From an uncultured Methanoregulaceae archaeon (lineage in GTDB: Archaea; Halobacteriota; Methanomicrobia; Methanomicrobiales; Methanospirillaceae), in the NCBI GenBank assembly GCA_964530035.1, contig CAZGXZ010000001.1:1-40095 (forward strand): a stretch of DNA of 40,095 nt, written 5' to 3'. This document shows positions 1 to 9,382 of this stretch, piece by piece. The translations under genes and the position numbers were made by a program. The first letter of the stretch is position 1, and each line of letters opens with the position of its first letter. A model generated the notes under the pieces. That model was not told the DNA's origin, searched no databases, and saw only the letters and a program-made list of their open reading frames with translations.

Positions 1-94
1 CTGGGTCCTGCGTATGAAAAATATTATTTTTGAATTTCTACCTGCGGAATGCGGGTTCACCATCGATAATTCGAAAGCCTTGACAATAGATTGG

Positions 95-128
95 AAAATC
101 AGGTTCCAATATTCCTGAACCTGATTTT
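95..128 (-). terminator. Hairpin plus T-run just 3' of tRNA-Leu (possible transcript end)
   Basis: Perfect 12-bp inverted repeat AAAATCAGGTTC (95-106) / GAACCTGATTTT (117-128) with a 10-nt loop. On the minus strand it starts 4 nt after the tRNA 3' end and finishes in TTTT. The structure is seen directly; the function is inferred. Confidence 0.3.
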
Positions 129-132
129 AACA

Positions 133-215
133 TGCGAGGGAGGGGATTCGAACCCCCGAATGTCTGCACAAACGGATCTTAAGTCCGTCTCCGTTGGCCT
201 CTTGGATACCCTCGC
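133..215 (-). tRNA. tRNA-Leu, anticodon UAA, class II (long variable arm), CCA not encoded
   Basis: The minus strand reads GCGAGGG-TA-TCC..GGA-G-ACGGA-CTTAAGA-TCCGT-(14-nt variable arm)-GGGGG-TTCGAAT-CCCCT-CCCTCGC-A. It has a 7-bp acceptor stem, a 5-bp anticodon stem, a canonical T-loop, G37 and anticodon TAA. Confidence 0.9.
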
Positions 216-244
216 CCAAATCTCTTCATTTTGCCGTTATTTTC

Positions 245-314
245 GCGAGATAAGCCACCAAGATCGATATCCTTATCTTAAGTCCATCGCCGTTGGCCAC
301 TTGGCTACCCTCGC
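245..314 (-). pseudogene. tRNA-Leu-like 5' half (acceptor 5' strand, D-arm, anticodon 5' strand and CTTAAGA loop) with no anticodon 3' strand, variable arm or T-arm
   Basis: The first 40 nt (314 down to 275) match the intact tRNA-Leu at 36/40 positions. The following 30 nt are unrelated and end in CTCGC. No TCCAT partner for the ATGGA stem and no GTTCGAAT T-loop is present. Confidence 0.6.
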
Positions 315-384
315 TCAGCCGTATGGATTGGGTTTTCTGCCCTCAAAATACCTCTCCATTTTCTGTCCTGTCCGAATCAGCCAG

Positions 385-1497
385 ATGACTTCATCATGGT
401 CCATGGCTTTCAACCGACTCGATGATAGTGATTTGAATATCCTTTGGTTCCCGACAGGTAGTGGGTATGTTTCTATTCTGGAGAGGACAGCTTCTGAGTG
501 GAGTGATACCATGGTGCTGCGGGGTTGGGCGAGGCTTGACGGCCAGATGTTGTCGGAGGTACAGTTCGGGACACTTGTCCGTGAACGACGGGAAGGGATA
601 GAAAAGGTAGAAGGGGAGTTTTTTTTCCAGGACGGCACCTGCAGGGCAAGAGACTGGTTTGGCGTGATCCCGGGGAGCTGCCCCCCAGCGACCATTGCCT
701 GTGAAGGCCTGCCGCATATCAGGATAGAACCCGATCCCGGAGAGAGTACCCTTGAAGAGGCCATCCGTGACGCAGTGGAGCTGCGAAGCGGATGCGGGGT
801 GACCGCGCTGTCCGGGGGCGTGGACTCGGCACTCGTCGCCGTGCTCGCAGGCCTCCCCTGTATCACGGTGGGATTTCCTGAATCGCATGATATCCGGCAT
901 GGGCTTGAGGTAGCGTCACGGCTTGGACTTGAGTGTGAACCCTTCATCCTGGAGGACCGGATCGTTGAAGAACACCTCCCGTTGATTGTCAGGCTGTCGT
1001 CTACAGACAACCCGGTCGACATTGGCATTGCGGCCACCCAGTTTTTTATCGCCCTGTGTGCACACGACCTCGGTCATGAGCGTATCCTGAGCGGGCAGGG
1101 TGCGGATGAGCAGTTTGGAGGGTATTCCCGGTATCTTTCCTCATCTGATCTGGCAACTGACCTTGACATGGACCTCCGGAGGATCATTTACCAGGTTGAA
1201 AGGGACCAGCGTATTGCTGCTCATTTTGGCTGTTATTTCTCTCTTCCTTACCTCGATGCCAGGGTTGTGCGCGCCGCTGCTGCGATCCCCGCCCATGAAA
1301 AGATCAGGGGTGGCACCCGGAAATATCCCCTCCGTGAGGTTGCCAGGCGGTATATTCCTTCGGATGTGGCATGGTACGAGAAGAAGGCGATGCAGTACGG
1401 CAGCGGTATCTGGAGTTGTTTCAGACGGCTGGCACGACATAACGGTTATAAAACCTCGTTGAAAGACTATGTAAATCACTTGAAGAGGGTGGAATAG
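385..1497 (+). CDS. Asparagine synthetase B-like PP-loop ATPase without an N-terminal Cys nucleophile
   Basis: ORF 91..1497 is trimmed because its first ~75 codons lie over the two tRNA-like sequences on the opposite strand. The first ATGs beyond them are at 385 and 403, so the start is uncertain. It has PP-loop SGGVDS (811-828), the GQGADEQFGGY motif typical of the AsnB synthetase domain, and an AsnB-like N-domain remnant EGEFFF..ARDWFG. Its stop lies 2 nt before gatC. Confidence 0.75.
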   Translation: MTSSWSMAFNRLDDSDLNILWFPTGSGYVSILERTASEWSDTMVLRGWARLDGQMLSEVQFGTLVRERREGIEKVEGEFFFQDGTCRARDWFGVIPGSCPPATIACEGLPHIRIEPDPGESTLEEAIRDAVELRSGCGVTALSGGVDSALVAVLAGLPCITVGFPESHDIRHGLEVASRLGLECEPFILEDRIVEEHLPLIVRLSSTDNPVDIGIAATQFFIALCAHDLGHERILSGQGADEQFGGYSRYLSSSDLATDLDMDLRRIIYQVERDQRIAAHFGCYFSLPYLDARVVRAAAAIPAHEKIRGGTRKYPLREVARRYIPSDVAWYEKKAMQYGSGIWSCFRRLARHNGYKTSLKDYVNHLKRVE

Positions 1498-1499
1498 CC

Positions 1500-1769
1500 A
1501 TGGTCACTGAAAAAGATGTCATTTCCGTAGCCTCCCTGGCCGATATCACCCTGACAAGGGAGGAAGAGGCGCTGTTTGCTCATCAGTTCACCACCATCCT
1601 CAGGTACTTCGATGTCCTGGACACGGTCTCAGGGGTGGAGTATGACAGGACCGGCGATGTAAATGTCCTCAGGGATGATCAAGTGGAGAAATCCCTGCCA
1701 CGAGAGCTTGTCCTTTCCAATACCCCTTCCAGCGAGGACGGATATTTCAAAGCACCACGGGTGATGTAG
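1500..1769 (+). CDS. gatC: Asp-tRNA(Asn)/Glu-tRNA(Gln) amidotransferase subunit C
   Basis: 89-aa GatC-like protein (VASLADITLTREEE..F...IL.YF..L) lying directly in front of gatA and gatB. Confidence 0.9.
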   Translation: MVTEKDVISVASLADITLTREEEALFAHQFTTILRYFDVLDTVSGVEYDRTGDVNVLRDDQVEKSLPRELVLSNTPSSEDGYFKAPRVM

Positions 1770-3070
1770 TGGGACAGGTGTTCAGGTTCGAGCCCGATGA
1801 CCGGTACAATGCCTTCATAACGACCCGGAGGGTCGTACCGTTTTGTGAAGGCAGGCTTTCAGGAACACCGTTAGCAGTCAAGGACAATATTTCTACGGCA
1901 GGTATAGTCACCACCTGTGGGTCAAGGATCCTTGAGGGGTATGTCCCACCCTACGACGCCCATGTTGTTTCGTGCGTACTCAAAGAGGGGTGTGCGCTGG
2001 TTGGGAAGACCAACATGGACGAGTTCGGTATGGGTACGACCACCGAAAACAGTGCCTTCGGCCCGACGCTGAACCCGGCAGATACTGGGCGGGTGCCCGG
2101 AGGGTCATCCGGAGGGAGTGCCGCTGCCGTGGCCGCGGGGCTTGTCCCCATGGCGCTTGGAACCGATACGGGAGGATCGATCCGGTGCCCGAGTGCATTT
2201 TGTGGCATTGTCGGCATGAAACCCACATACGGGCGTGTTTCCCGGTACGGGCTTGTCGCCTATGCCAACTCCCTCGAACTGATCGGTCCCATGGCCAGGA
2301 CCGTTCAGGACGTGTCCCTGTTGCTGGAGATTATCTCCGCGTATGACCCGCGCGACGCTACCATGACCAACCGTCCGTATTCCCACGCGCCGGCAGCGAA
2401 GGTAGCAGGGTACCGGATCGGTGTCCCCGAGGAATTTTTTGGTTCAGGCGTGGACCCGAAGGTTGCCGCTGTCGTGTGGGAGGCCATTGAACGGTTGGAA
2501 GGTCTGGGTGCCGAAGTAGTGACCTGCCGGATGCCCAGCATGGCCTATGCGCTTGCGGCGTACTATGTCATCTGCATGAGCGAAGCTTCCTCCAATCTTG
2601 CACGCTTCGATGGCGTACGGTACGGACCCCCTGCTGAAACCAGGAAGACCTGGCACGAGTCGTACTCCGACCGAAGGGGAGCCGGTTTCGGTGCTGAGGT
2701 CAGGCGCCGTATCATGCTCGGGACGTTTGCCCTCTCTTCCGGGTATTACGGCAAGTACTATGCCAAGGCCCAGGCGGCACGACAGATGGTGCGGGAGGAT
2801 TTCCAACGCCTCTTCTCCGAAGTCGACCTCCTTGCCGGGCCGACGATGCCCACGGTTGCCTTCCGCCTGGGAGAAAAGACCGATCCTCTCTCGATGTACC
2901 TGTCGGACATCCTCACGGTTCCCGCCAACCTCGCGGGTGTCCCTGCTATATCCATACCCTGCGGTGAGGCCGGAGGTATGCCGGTCGGGCTCCAGATCAT
3001 GGGACCCCGTTTCCATGACGAGGAAGTCATCGATGCGGCTTTCACCTATGAACAGGAGGGACGCGCATGA
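1769..3070 (+). CDS. gatA: Amidotransferase subunit A (amidase family)
   Basis: Amidase signature GGSSGGSAAAVA and KTNMDEFGMG. The GTG start overlaps the gatC stop by 1 nt. Confidence 0.95.
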   Translation: MGQVFRFEPDDRYNAFITTRRVVPFCEGRLSGTPLAVKDNISTAGIVTTCGSRILEGYVPPYDAHVVSCVLKEGCALVGKTNMDEFGMGTTTENSAFGPTLNPADTGRVPGGSSGGSAAAVAAGLVPMALGTDTGGSIRCPSAFCGIVGMKPTYGRVSRYGLVAYANSLELIGPMARTVQDVSLLLEIISAYDPRDATMTNRPYSHAPAAKVAGYRIGVPEEFFGSGVDPKVAAVVWEAIERLEGLGAEVVTCRMPSMAYALAAYYVICMSEASSNLARFDGVRYGPPAETRKTWHESYSDRRGAGFGAEVRRRIMLGTFALSSGYYGKYYAKAQAARQMVREDFQRLFSEVDLLAGPTMPTVAFRLGEKTDPLSMYLSDILTVPANLAGVPAISIPCGEAGGMPVGLQIMGPRFHDEEVIDAAFTYEQEGRA

Positions 3071-4485
3071 CAGTGATCATCGGGCTTGAGATCCACTGCC
3101 AGCTGAACACGAAGAGCAAGATGTTCTGCGCCTGTGCAGCCGGGTACCAGGACTCCGAACCCAATACCCATGTCTGTCCCGTATGCCTGGGGCTTCCCGG
3201 CTCTCTCCCGGGAATCAACCGGACCGCGGTCCTGTATGCCCTCAAGGTGGCAAAGGCCCTCAACTGCGAGGTCCCGCCGGAGTCAGAATTTTCGCGGAAG
3301 AACTACTTCTATCCTGATCTCCCGAAAGGGTTCCAGATCACCCAGTATGACAAGCCTCTTGCAGTCCGGGGAAGCGTGCTCATTGATGGTGATGACGGTG
3401 AGAAGACCGTCAGGATAACCCGGGTGCACATGGAGGAAGACCCGGGCCGGCTTGTACACAAGGGCGGCGGCGACCGGCCACGGTACACACTGGTCGATTA
3501 CAACCGGAGCGGAATACCCCTTATCGAAATCGTTACCGAACCTGATCTCCGCTCTCCAAAGGAGGCCAGAAAATTTCTCAACAAACTCCGGGCGACACTT
3601 GAGTACCTCGGAGTGTTTGACAGTGACCGTGAAGGTTCACTCCGTGTTGATGCCAATATTTCCATGGAAGGCCACGCCAGGGTCGAGATCAAGAACATCT
3701 CCTCCTACAAGGGGGTCGAGAAGGCGCTTACCTTCGAGGTCACCCGGCAGAAGAATGCCATACGGCGTGGCGTTAAAATCGACCGCGAAACCCGTCATTT
3801 TGTCGAGGCACGGGGTGTCACGACGTCGTCGAGGAGCAAGGAGGAAGAGAACGACTATCGGTACTTCCCGGAACCAGACCTCCCCCCCCTCAGGGTGAGC
3901 GGGTGGGTTGACGGCATTGAACTGCCAGAGCTTCCTGATGCCCGGCGCCAGCGCTTCATCGACCAGTATGCCTGTTCTCCGGAACATGCCCGGACGCTTA
4001 CGGGTGGTATCAGGCTTGCAGCTTTTTACGAGGAGGTCGCACCGGTGGATCCCCCGCTTGCCGCGACGTGGGTTGCCGACATTCTGCTCGGGGAGCTGAG
4101 CTACCGGGACATGGGAATCGACCTTGTACCTGTCAAGGCGTTCCGCGAACTGCTGGAAATACTCCGTGAGGGCACTATAACCGATAAAAACGGTGTGGAT
4201 GTGTTACGGACCCTTCTTGACCAGGTCAGGGAGCATCAGGAGTGTGAGTCCCCGGCCGCCTGCATCAGGAGGCTCGACCTCGGAAAGAAGGCTGGCGGTG
4301 AGATTGACAGGATAATCACCTCTGTAATCATGTCAAACCCCGGGGCGGTTTCCGATGTAAAGGCCGGAAAGAAGGGAGCGGTCCATTACCTTGTCGGGCA
4401 GGTCATGAAGGAAACCCGGGGAAGGGCTGATCCGGCAGAGCTGAATCAGCTGCTCCTTGAAGCGATAGCCCGTCTGGAGGGTTGA
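3067..4485 (+). CDS. gatB: Amidotransferase subunit B
   Basis: Typical GatB N-terminus IIGLEIHCQLNTKSKMFC and a C-terminal YqeY-like tail. ATGA overlap with the gatA stop. Confidence 0.95.
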   Translation: MTVIIGLEIHCQLNTKSKMFCACAAGYQDSEPNTHVCPVCLGLPGSLPGINRTAVLYALKVAKALNCEVPPESEFSRKNYFYPDLPKGFQITQYDKPLAVRGSVLIDGDDGEKTVRITRVHMEEDPGRLVHKGGGDRPRYTLVDYNRSGIPLIEIVTEPDLRSPKEARKFLNKLRATLEYLGVFDSDREGSLRVDANISMEGHARVEIKNISSYKGVEKALTFEVTRQKNAIRRGVKIDRETRHFVEARGVTTSSRSKEEENDYRYFPEPDLPPLRVSGWVDGIELPELPDARRQRFIDQYACSPEHARTLTGGIRLAAFYEEVAPVDPPLAATWVADILLGELSYRDMGIDLVPVKAFRELLEILREGTITDKNGVDVLRTLLDQVREHQECESPAACIRRLDLGKKAGGEIDRIITSVIMSNPGAVSDVKAGKKGAVHYLVGQVMKETRGRADPAELNQLLLEAIARLEG

Positions 4486-4497
4486 GGGGTTCTGTCC

Positions 4498-7305
4498 ATG
4501 CACCTTATCATCACTGAAAAGAACATCGCTGCGCGTCGTATAGCCCAGATCCTGGCAGGCAGGGAAAAGGTCCAGGAAAGAAAAGACGCCGGTATTTCGG
4601 TCTATTTTTTTGGTGATACCGTGATAGCGGGCTTGAAAGGGCATGTCGTGGAGATAGACTTCGAGGCCGGTTATTCGAACTGGCGGAGCAGCGAAAAAAC
4701 CCCGCGGAGCCTCATCGATGCCAATACTCTCAAGGTCCCCACCGAGAAGAAGATCGTTTCGATAATCCAGAAACATGCCCGGAAAGCGGACCGCGTCACC
4801 ATTGCAACTGATTTCGATACCGAAGGAGAGTTGATTGGAAAAGAAGCGTACGAGCTGGTCCGGCAGGTCAACCGGCAGGTTCCCGTGGACCGGGCACGGT
4901 TCAGCGCCATCACCCCTGATGAGATTACGTCTGCCTTCACCCACCCGACCGGGATTGATTTTGACCTTGCTGCAGCCGGTGAAGCCCGCCAGGTGATCGA
5001 CCTCATATGGGGCGCGTCTCTCACCCGTTTCATTAGTCTTGCCGCACGGAGGGGCGGGGCGAATATCCTGTCCGTGGGGAGGGTCCAGTCACCCACCCTG
5101 GCCATGATCGTAGACAGGGAGAAGGAGATCGAAGCCTTCGTCCCAGAACCGTACTTCGAGCTGTCCCTCCTCACCGAGAAGGACCGGAACCCCATCGAGG
5201 CCCGCCACGCCCACGGACGTTTTACCAGCCGCGAGGAAGCGGAACTGGCACGGGACCGTACGAAGTCCCCGGTCCACGTCACCGATATAAAGCAAGGGAC
5301 CAGGATTGACAGGGCTCCGACCCCGTTCGATACGACGTCCTTCATCGTCGCTGCCGGACGCATCGGATTCTCAGCTGCTGAAGCCATGCGGCTTGCAGAA
5401 GACCTCTACATGAACGGTTTCATCTCCTACCCGAGGACTGACAATACCGTCTATCCAAAAAGCCTGGATATTGCGGCAATCCTTGGGATGCTTTCGAAGA
5501 CACCCTTTTCGAAGGATGTCGCACACGTAGCGGGAAACCGTCGCAAAGTGCCGACCTCGGGAAAAAAGACCAGCACAGACCACCCGCCGATCCACCCTGC
5601 CGGGCCTGCAACCGTGGAAGACCTTGGGGAAGACCGCTTTGCGATATACGAGCTTGTCGTCCGGCGGTTCCTGGCGACACTTTCCCCTGATGCAGAGTGG
5701 GCCACAGTAAGGGTCAGCCTCGATGCGTCCGGTGAACCCTATCTCATAACCGGGAGCAGGCTGATCAGGGCCGGGTGGAGGGCTGTATATCCCTACAGCA
5801 AGGCAAAGGAGACCGTCCTCCCGGCGTTTACTCCCGGGGAACAGCTCTCCCTGGTCAGGGTTGATTTCGCCGAGAAGGAAACCGAACCACCTCCCAGGTT
5901 CACCCAGAGCCGGCTGATCCTGACAATGGAAGAGCTGGGTCTCGGGACGAAGAGCACCAGGCACGAGGTCATCGCGAAACTTTTATCCAGAAAATATGTA
6001 GAGGGAAACCCGCTCCGGCCGACTCTTGTCGGGAGGGCGGTCGTCGAGTCGCTCGAGCACCATGCCGACACCATAACGCGGCCGGAGATGACGCGTACCC
6101 TTGAGCAGCACATGACCAACATCAAGGAAAAAAAGCGGAACCGTGATGCGGTGGTCGGCGAGTCCCGGCAGATGCTCCACCAGGTCTTCGACCAGCTGGA
6201 GGCCCATGCAGACCAGATCGGCGAGGAGATCATGGGAAGGACCGACGAAGAGCTGACGGTTGGCCCCTGCCCGGCATGCGGTTCAGACCTCAGGATCCGC
6301 CATATGAGGGGTATGAGCCAGTTCATCGGCTGCAATGGCTACCCCGACTGTACATTCAACATCTCACTTCCCGGGGCCCAGTGGGGGTATGCAGTCCGGA
6401 CCGACCCGGTCTGCCCTGAGCATCATCTGCACCATGTAAGCCTTGTACGAAAAGGGGCCCGGCCATGGGACCTCGGATGTCCTCTCTGCCAGCACATGTC
6501 CACGAACAGGAAGCACCTCCTTGAGGTCCCCTCCCTCTCCTCCGATCAGGTGGACCTGCTCCATGCGGCCCATATCTACAGTGCCTACGAAGTGGTTCAC
6601 ACCTCAACAGACCGGATTGCCTCGGTCCTCGGTGTCAGCATGGCTGAAGCGGGCACTATCCAGGCTGATGCGGCTGCTACGCTCGATACTCTGAAACGGC
6701 GGTCAGAGTTCAAGAAATTTGTGAGGAAACACATTATCCCGCGGAAAGGCAGGAGCCCGGGAAAACTGATTAAAAAAATGGAGGAAGCCGGCATAACTGA
6801 AATCAGTTCCCTGTCCCGGGCAAGTGTTGCGACCATACGCAGTACGGGAGCGAGCGAGACTGAAGCCTCATCGATTATTGACGAGGCAAGGAAGCTGATG
6901 GCTCACGATACCCTGAAAGCAAGCGGTATTCCTGCGGTCAGCATTAAAAAATACCTCGGAGCAGAGCTCCTTGACCCGGTTGCCCTGGCCTCCTCCGACC
7001 CTGTTGCAATATCCGACCGGACCGGGCTAAGCACTGAAACCGTGAAAAAACATCTCCTGCGGCTCCGGCAGTTCCTGGACCAGTCATCAGACCAGGACGA
7101 CGGGACGCCGGCCTCATCCCGGGGGCACCTTGATATCCGTTCCTTGCCGGGTATCGGGGCGATAACCGCCGGAAAATTGATCAATGCCGGTATTGCCGAT
7201 ATAAAGAGCCTCATTGCAGCGGATGCCGGGGTGCTCGCTGAAAAGAGCGGAATCGCAGAAAAAAGGATCAGGCAGTTTAAAAAGACAGCTGCCGATTCAC
7301 CATGA
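4498..7305 (+). CDS. topA: Type IA DNA topoisomerase (archaeal topoisomerase I) with Zn-ribbons and a C-terminal helix-hairpin-helix tail
   Basis: TOPRIM features (IITEK, ATDFDTEGE), catalytic Tyr context GFISYPRTDN, a C4 zinc ribbon CPACG...CNGYPDC, and HhH-like LPGIGAITAGKLINAGI near the C-terminus. Confidence 0.95.
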   Translation: MHLIITEKNIAARRIAQILAGREKVQERKDAGISVYFFGDTVIAGLKGHVVEIDFEAGYSNWRSSEKTPRSLIDANTLKVPTEKKIVSIIQKHARKADRVTIATDFDTEGELIGKEAYELVRQVNRQVPVDRARFSAITPDEITSAFTHPTGIDFDLAAAGEARQVIDLIWGASLTRFISLAARRGGANILSVGRVQSPTLAMIVDREKEIEAFVPEPYFELSLLTEKDRNPIEARHAHGRFTSREEAELARDRTKSPVHVTDIKQGTRIDRAPTPFDTTSFIVAAGRIGFSAAEAMRLAEDLYMNGFISYPRTDNTVYPKSLDIAAILGMLSKTPFSKDVAHVAGNRRKVPTSGKKTSTDHPPIHPAGPATVEDLGEDRFAIYELVVRRFLATLSPDAEWATVRVSLDASGEPYLITGSRLIRAGWRAVYPYSKAKETVLPAFTPGEQLSLVRVDFAEKETEPPPRFTQSRLILTMEELGLGTKSTRHEVIAKLLSRKYVEGNPLRPTLVGRAVVESLEHHADTITRPEMTRTLEQHMTNIKEKKRNRDAVVGESRQMLHQVFDQLEAHADQIGEEIMGRTDEELTVGPCPACGSDLRIRHMRGMSQFIGCNGYPDCTFNISLPGAQWGYAVRTDPVCPEHHLHHVSLVRKGARPWDLGCPLCQHMSTNRKHLLEVPSLSSDQVDLLHAAHIYSAYEVVHTSTDRIASVLGVSMAEAGTIQADAAATLDTLKRRSEFKKFVRKHIIPRKGRSPGKLIKKMEEAGITEISSLSRASVATIRSTGASETEASSIIDEARKLMAHDTLKASGIPAVSIKKYLGAELLDPVALASSDPVAISDRTGLSTETVKKHLLRLRQFLDQSSDQDDGTPASSRGHLDIRSLPGIGAITAGKLINAGIADIKSLIAADAGVLAEKSGIAEKRIRQFKKTAADSP

Positions 7306-7320
7306 CCGGGTGACACTATC

Positions 7321-8016
7321 ATGACACATGTTCAGGGAAACTGGAAGAACTGGGTCCATGTCACGAAACTGGACCCTGACCGCATACTCAAGCCAGAAGA
7401 TATCGATGAGATAGCATCAAGCGGGACTGATGCCCTGATGCTTTCAGGGACGCTGAACATCACCAGGGAAAACATGGAGGCCCTGCTCCTCAAGGTGAAG
7501 GATTACGGGCTGCCTCTCGTTATTGAGCCTGCCGGTCCTGAAGCAGTCCTGTTCAGGGACATCGATTACCTGTTTGTCCCCAGTGTCATGAATTCTACCG
7601 ATGTCAGGTGGATTGTCGGAAAACACCACCAGTGGGTCATAAGCCAGGCCGTGGACTGGAGCAGGGTCGTCCCCGAGGCATATATCGTTCTCAACCCGGA
7701 TTCATCGGTCGGAAAGGTCACGAAAGCTACCTGTTCACTCACCGCAAAGGAGGTCGCGGGGTTCACGACCGTTGCCGACCGTTACTTCCGTTTTCCTATC
7801 GTCTACCTCGAGTACAGCGGCATCTACGGGGACCCGTTGATCGTACAGGAGGCATCGCGCGCCATCGAGGATTCGGTACTCTATTATGGCGGGGGCATCA
7901 ACTCCCCTGAAAAAGCGGCAGAAATGGCCAGGTATGCCGATACCATCGTTGTCGGCAATGCCATCTATGAACAGGGAGCCGGCGTCCTCCGTGCGACTGT
8001 TCAGGCTGTATCATAA
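7321..8016 (+). CDS. Geranylgeranylglyceryl phosphate synthase (PcrB/GGGPS family)
   Basis: Family N-terminal motif HVTKLDPD, a C-terminal phosphate-binding YYGGGI and VVGNAIY, and 231 aa, which is typical for the family. Confidence 0.85.
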   Translation: MTHVQGNWKNWVHVTKLDPDRILKPEDIDEIASSGTDALMLSGTLNITRENMEALLLKVKDYGLPLVIEPAGPEAVLFRDIDYLFVPSVMNSTDVRWIVGKHHQWVISQAVDWSRVVPEAYIVLNPDSSVGKVTKATCSLTAKEVAGFTTVADRYFRFPIVYLEYSGIYGDPLIVQEASRAIEDSVLYYGGGINSPEKAAEMARYADTIVVGNAIYEQGAGVLRATVQAVS

Positions 8017-8029
8017 CCCTCTCCTTCAG

Positions 8030-8728
8030 ATGCCCAGAATTGACATTGTCCTCGTTGAACCGATGTACGAGGGCAATTGCGGTTTCGTCGCCCGGGTCAT
8101 GAAAAATTTCGGGTTTGCCAACCTCGTCATGGTCAACCCCTGTGAGATTGGTGATGAAGGCATCTCGCGGGCATCTCATGCGCGGGAGATCCTTCTCGGT
8201 GCGGAGCGCTGCAGTCTTCCCGAGGTATTTGACAGAAGCGACCTTGTCGTAGCAACAACCGGAACTGTAGCAAAAAGCGTGTGCCACCCGATGAGGGTCC
8301 CCTATTATTCTCCCAAAGAGCTTCGGGAACGCATCCATGACTATTGTGGCAGGGTATCCATCCTCTTCGGCAGGGAAAACTGGGGACTCAACAATACCGA
8401 GGTAGAGCGGTCTGACCTCCTCTGTACTATCCCGGCATCCCCGGAATATCCCATTCTCAACATCTCCCATGCAGTCGGGATCATCTGTTATGAACTCGCC
8501 AACCTTCCCCGGGGGACCTACAACCTCGCTTCGGCATTCGAGATGGACCACCTGTACCGTCACGTGGACCAGTACCTTGACCAGATAGAGCACCCGTACT
8601 TCAAACGTCCCTTGACGATGGTCATGATCCGTCGCATCCTGGGCCGGGCCGGCCTGACGACACGGGAGGCGAGCACGCTTCACGGCCTTCTCAGGCGCTC
8701 GGAGAACCATCTCCGTCGAAAGCTGTAA
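8030..8728 (+). CDS. SpoU/TrmH-family RNA 2'-O-methyltransferase (TrmJ-like)
   Basis: ORF 7886..8728 is trimmed to the ATG at 8030, the first start after the GGGPS stop. The N-terminus [26 protein letters not shown] and the LNISHAVGI motif are typical of SPOUT group-1 methyltransferases. Confidence 0.8.
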   Translation: MPRIDIVLVEPMYEGNCGFVARVMKNFGFANLVMVNPCEIGDEGISRASHAREILLGAERCSLPEVFDRSDLVVATTGTVAKSVCHPMRVPYYSPKELRERIHDYCGRVSILFGRENWGLNNTEVERSDLLCTIPASPEYPILNISHAVGIICYELANLPRGTYNLASAFEMDHLYRHVDQYLDQIEHPYFKRPLTMVMIRRILGRAGLTTREASTLHGLLRRSENHLRRKL

Positions 8729-8756
8729 TGGCCCCGGTCACCCATATTCACAGTGT

Positions 8757-9317
8757 ATGATCCTCGTCGACTGGCAGATTGCCGACCGGATACAGCGGGG
8801 CTTTATCAGGATCGAACCGTTTGATGCAACCCTCGTCCAGCCGAACTCACTTGATATCCGGCTTGGAAACCATTTCGTATGGTACCTGGATGGTGAAGAC
8901 GTCATCGATCCGTATAACCGGGAGACGGTCACTGCCGGGACAGACGAGGTAACGGCTGATTTCATCGACCTCGCGCCCGGTCGCTTTCTCCTTGCAGAAA
9001 CCCTCGAGGTAATCGAGCTCCCTGACAACATCGTAGCCAGTATAGAGGGGAAAAGCAGCATTGCACGTCTTGGGGTCGAGCTTCATCAGACGGGAGGGTG
9101 GATCGATGCCGGTTTCCGGGGCACCATCACCCTGGAGATGTGCAATGTCAACCACCGCCCTGTACGCATCCACGCCGGCATGGCCATCGGTCAGCTGGTG
9201 TTCTATACGACCGAGCGTGCAGACCGCCCCTATAACCTGAAAAAGGATGCCAAGTACATGGATCAGCGACAGGCAACCCTGTCACGTTATTACGAAAATT
9301 CACCTGGAACTGCCTGA
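8757..9317 (+). CDS. dcd: dCTP deaminase (possibly bifunctional dCTP deaminase/dUTPase)
   Basis: MILVD..I......I.IEPFD...[20 protein letters not shown] and ITLEM motifs; 186 aa. Confidence 0.9.
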   Translation: MILVDWQIADRIQRGFIRIEPFDATLVQPNSLDIRLGNHFVWYLDGEDVIDPYNRETVTAGTDEVTADFIDLAPGRFLLAETLEVIELPDNIVASIEGKSSIARLGVELHQTGGWIDAGFRGTITLEMCNVNHRPVRIHAGMAIGQLVFYTTERADRPYNLKKDAKYMDQRQATLSRYYENSPGTA

Positions 9318-9382
9318 AGGCTATATACCTTTTGAATACAGATACGTTAGGAGTTTAACGGACCGTTTCGCGGAGATAAAAC

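Noticed and set aside
91-384. N-terminal ~98 codons of the 468-aa ORF 91..1497
   Set aside because: This stretch is the antisense of an intact tRNA-Leu and a tRNA-like fragment, and it has no AsnB-like sequence. It stays open by chance. The CDS was trimmed to the first ATG downstream of the tRNA-like elements.
315-1037. Long antisense or alternative-frame ORFs overlapping confidently identified genes: 315..1037(-), 4671..5387(-), 7898..8710(-), 13549..14427(-), 15753..16508(+), 19762..20499(+), 31315..31953(-), 33398..34030(-), 37483..38025(-)
   Set aside because: They are typical shadow ORFs of GC-rich coding DNA. Their products are Arg/Ser/Pro/Gly-rich and low-complexity, with no motifs. 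Each is fully embedded in a gene with clear family signatures on the other strand or in another frame.
7886-8029. Upstream extension of the SpoU methyltransferase ORF overlapping the end of the GGGP synthase gene; similarly 24127..24243 for the wHTH-PAS gene and 21400..21462 for aIF5A
   Set aside because: The extensions add sequence with no family similarity. They overlap the preceding gene or the promoter region. Internal ATGs give N-termini typical of the respective families.
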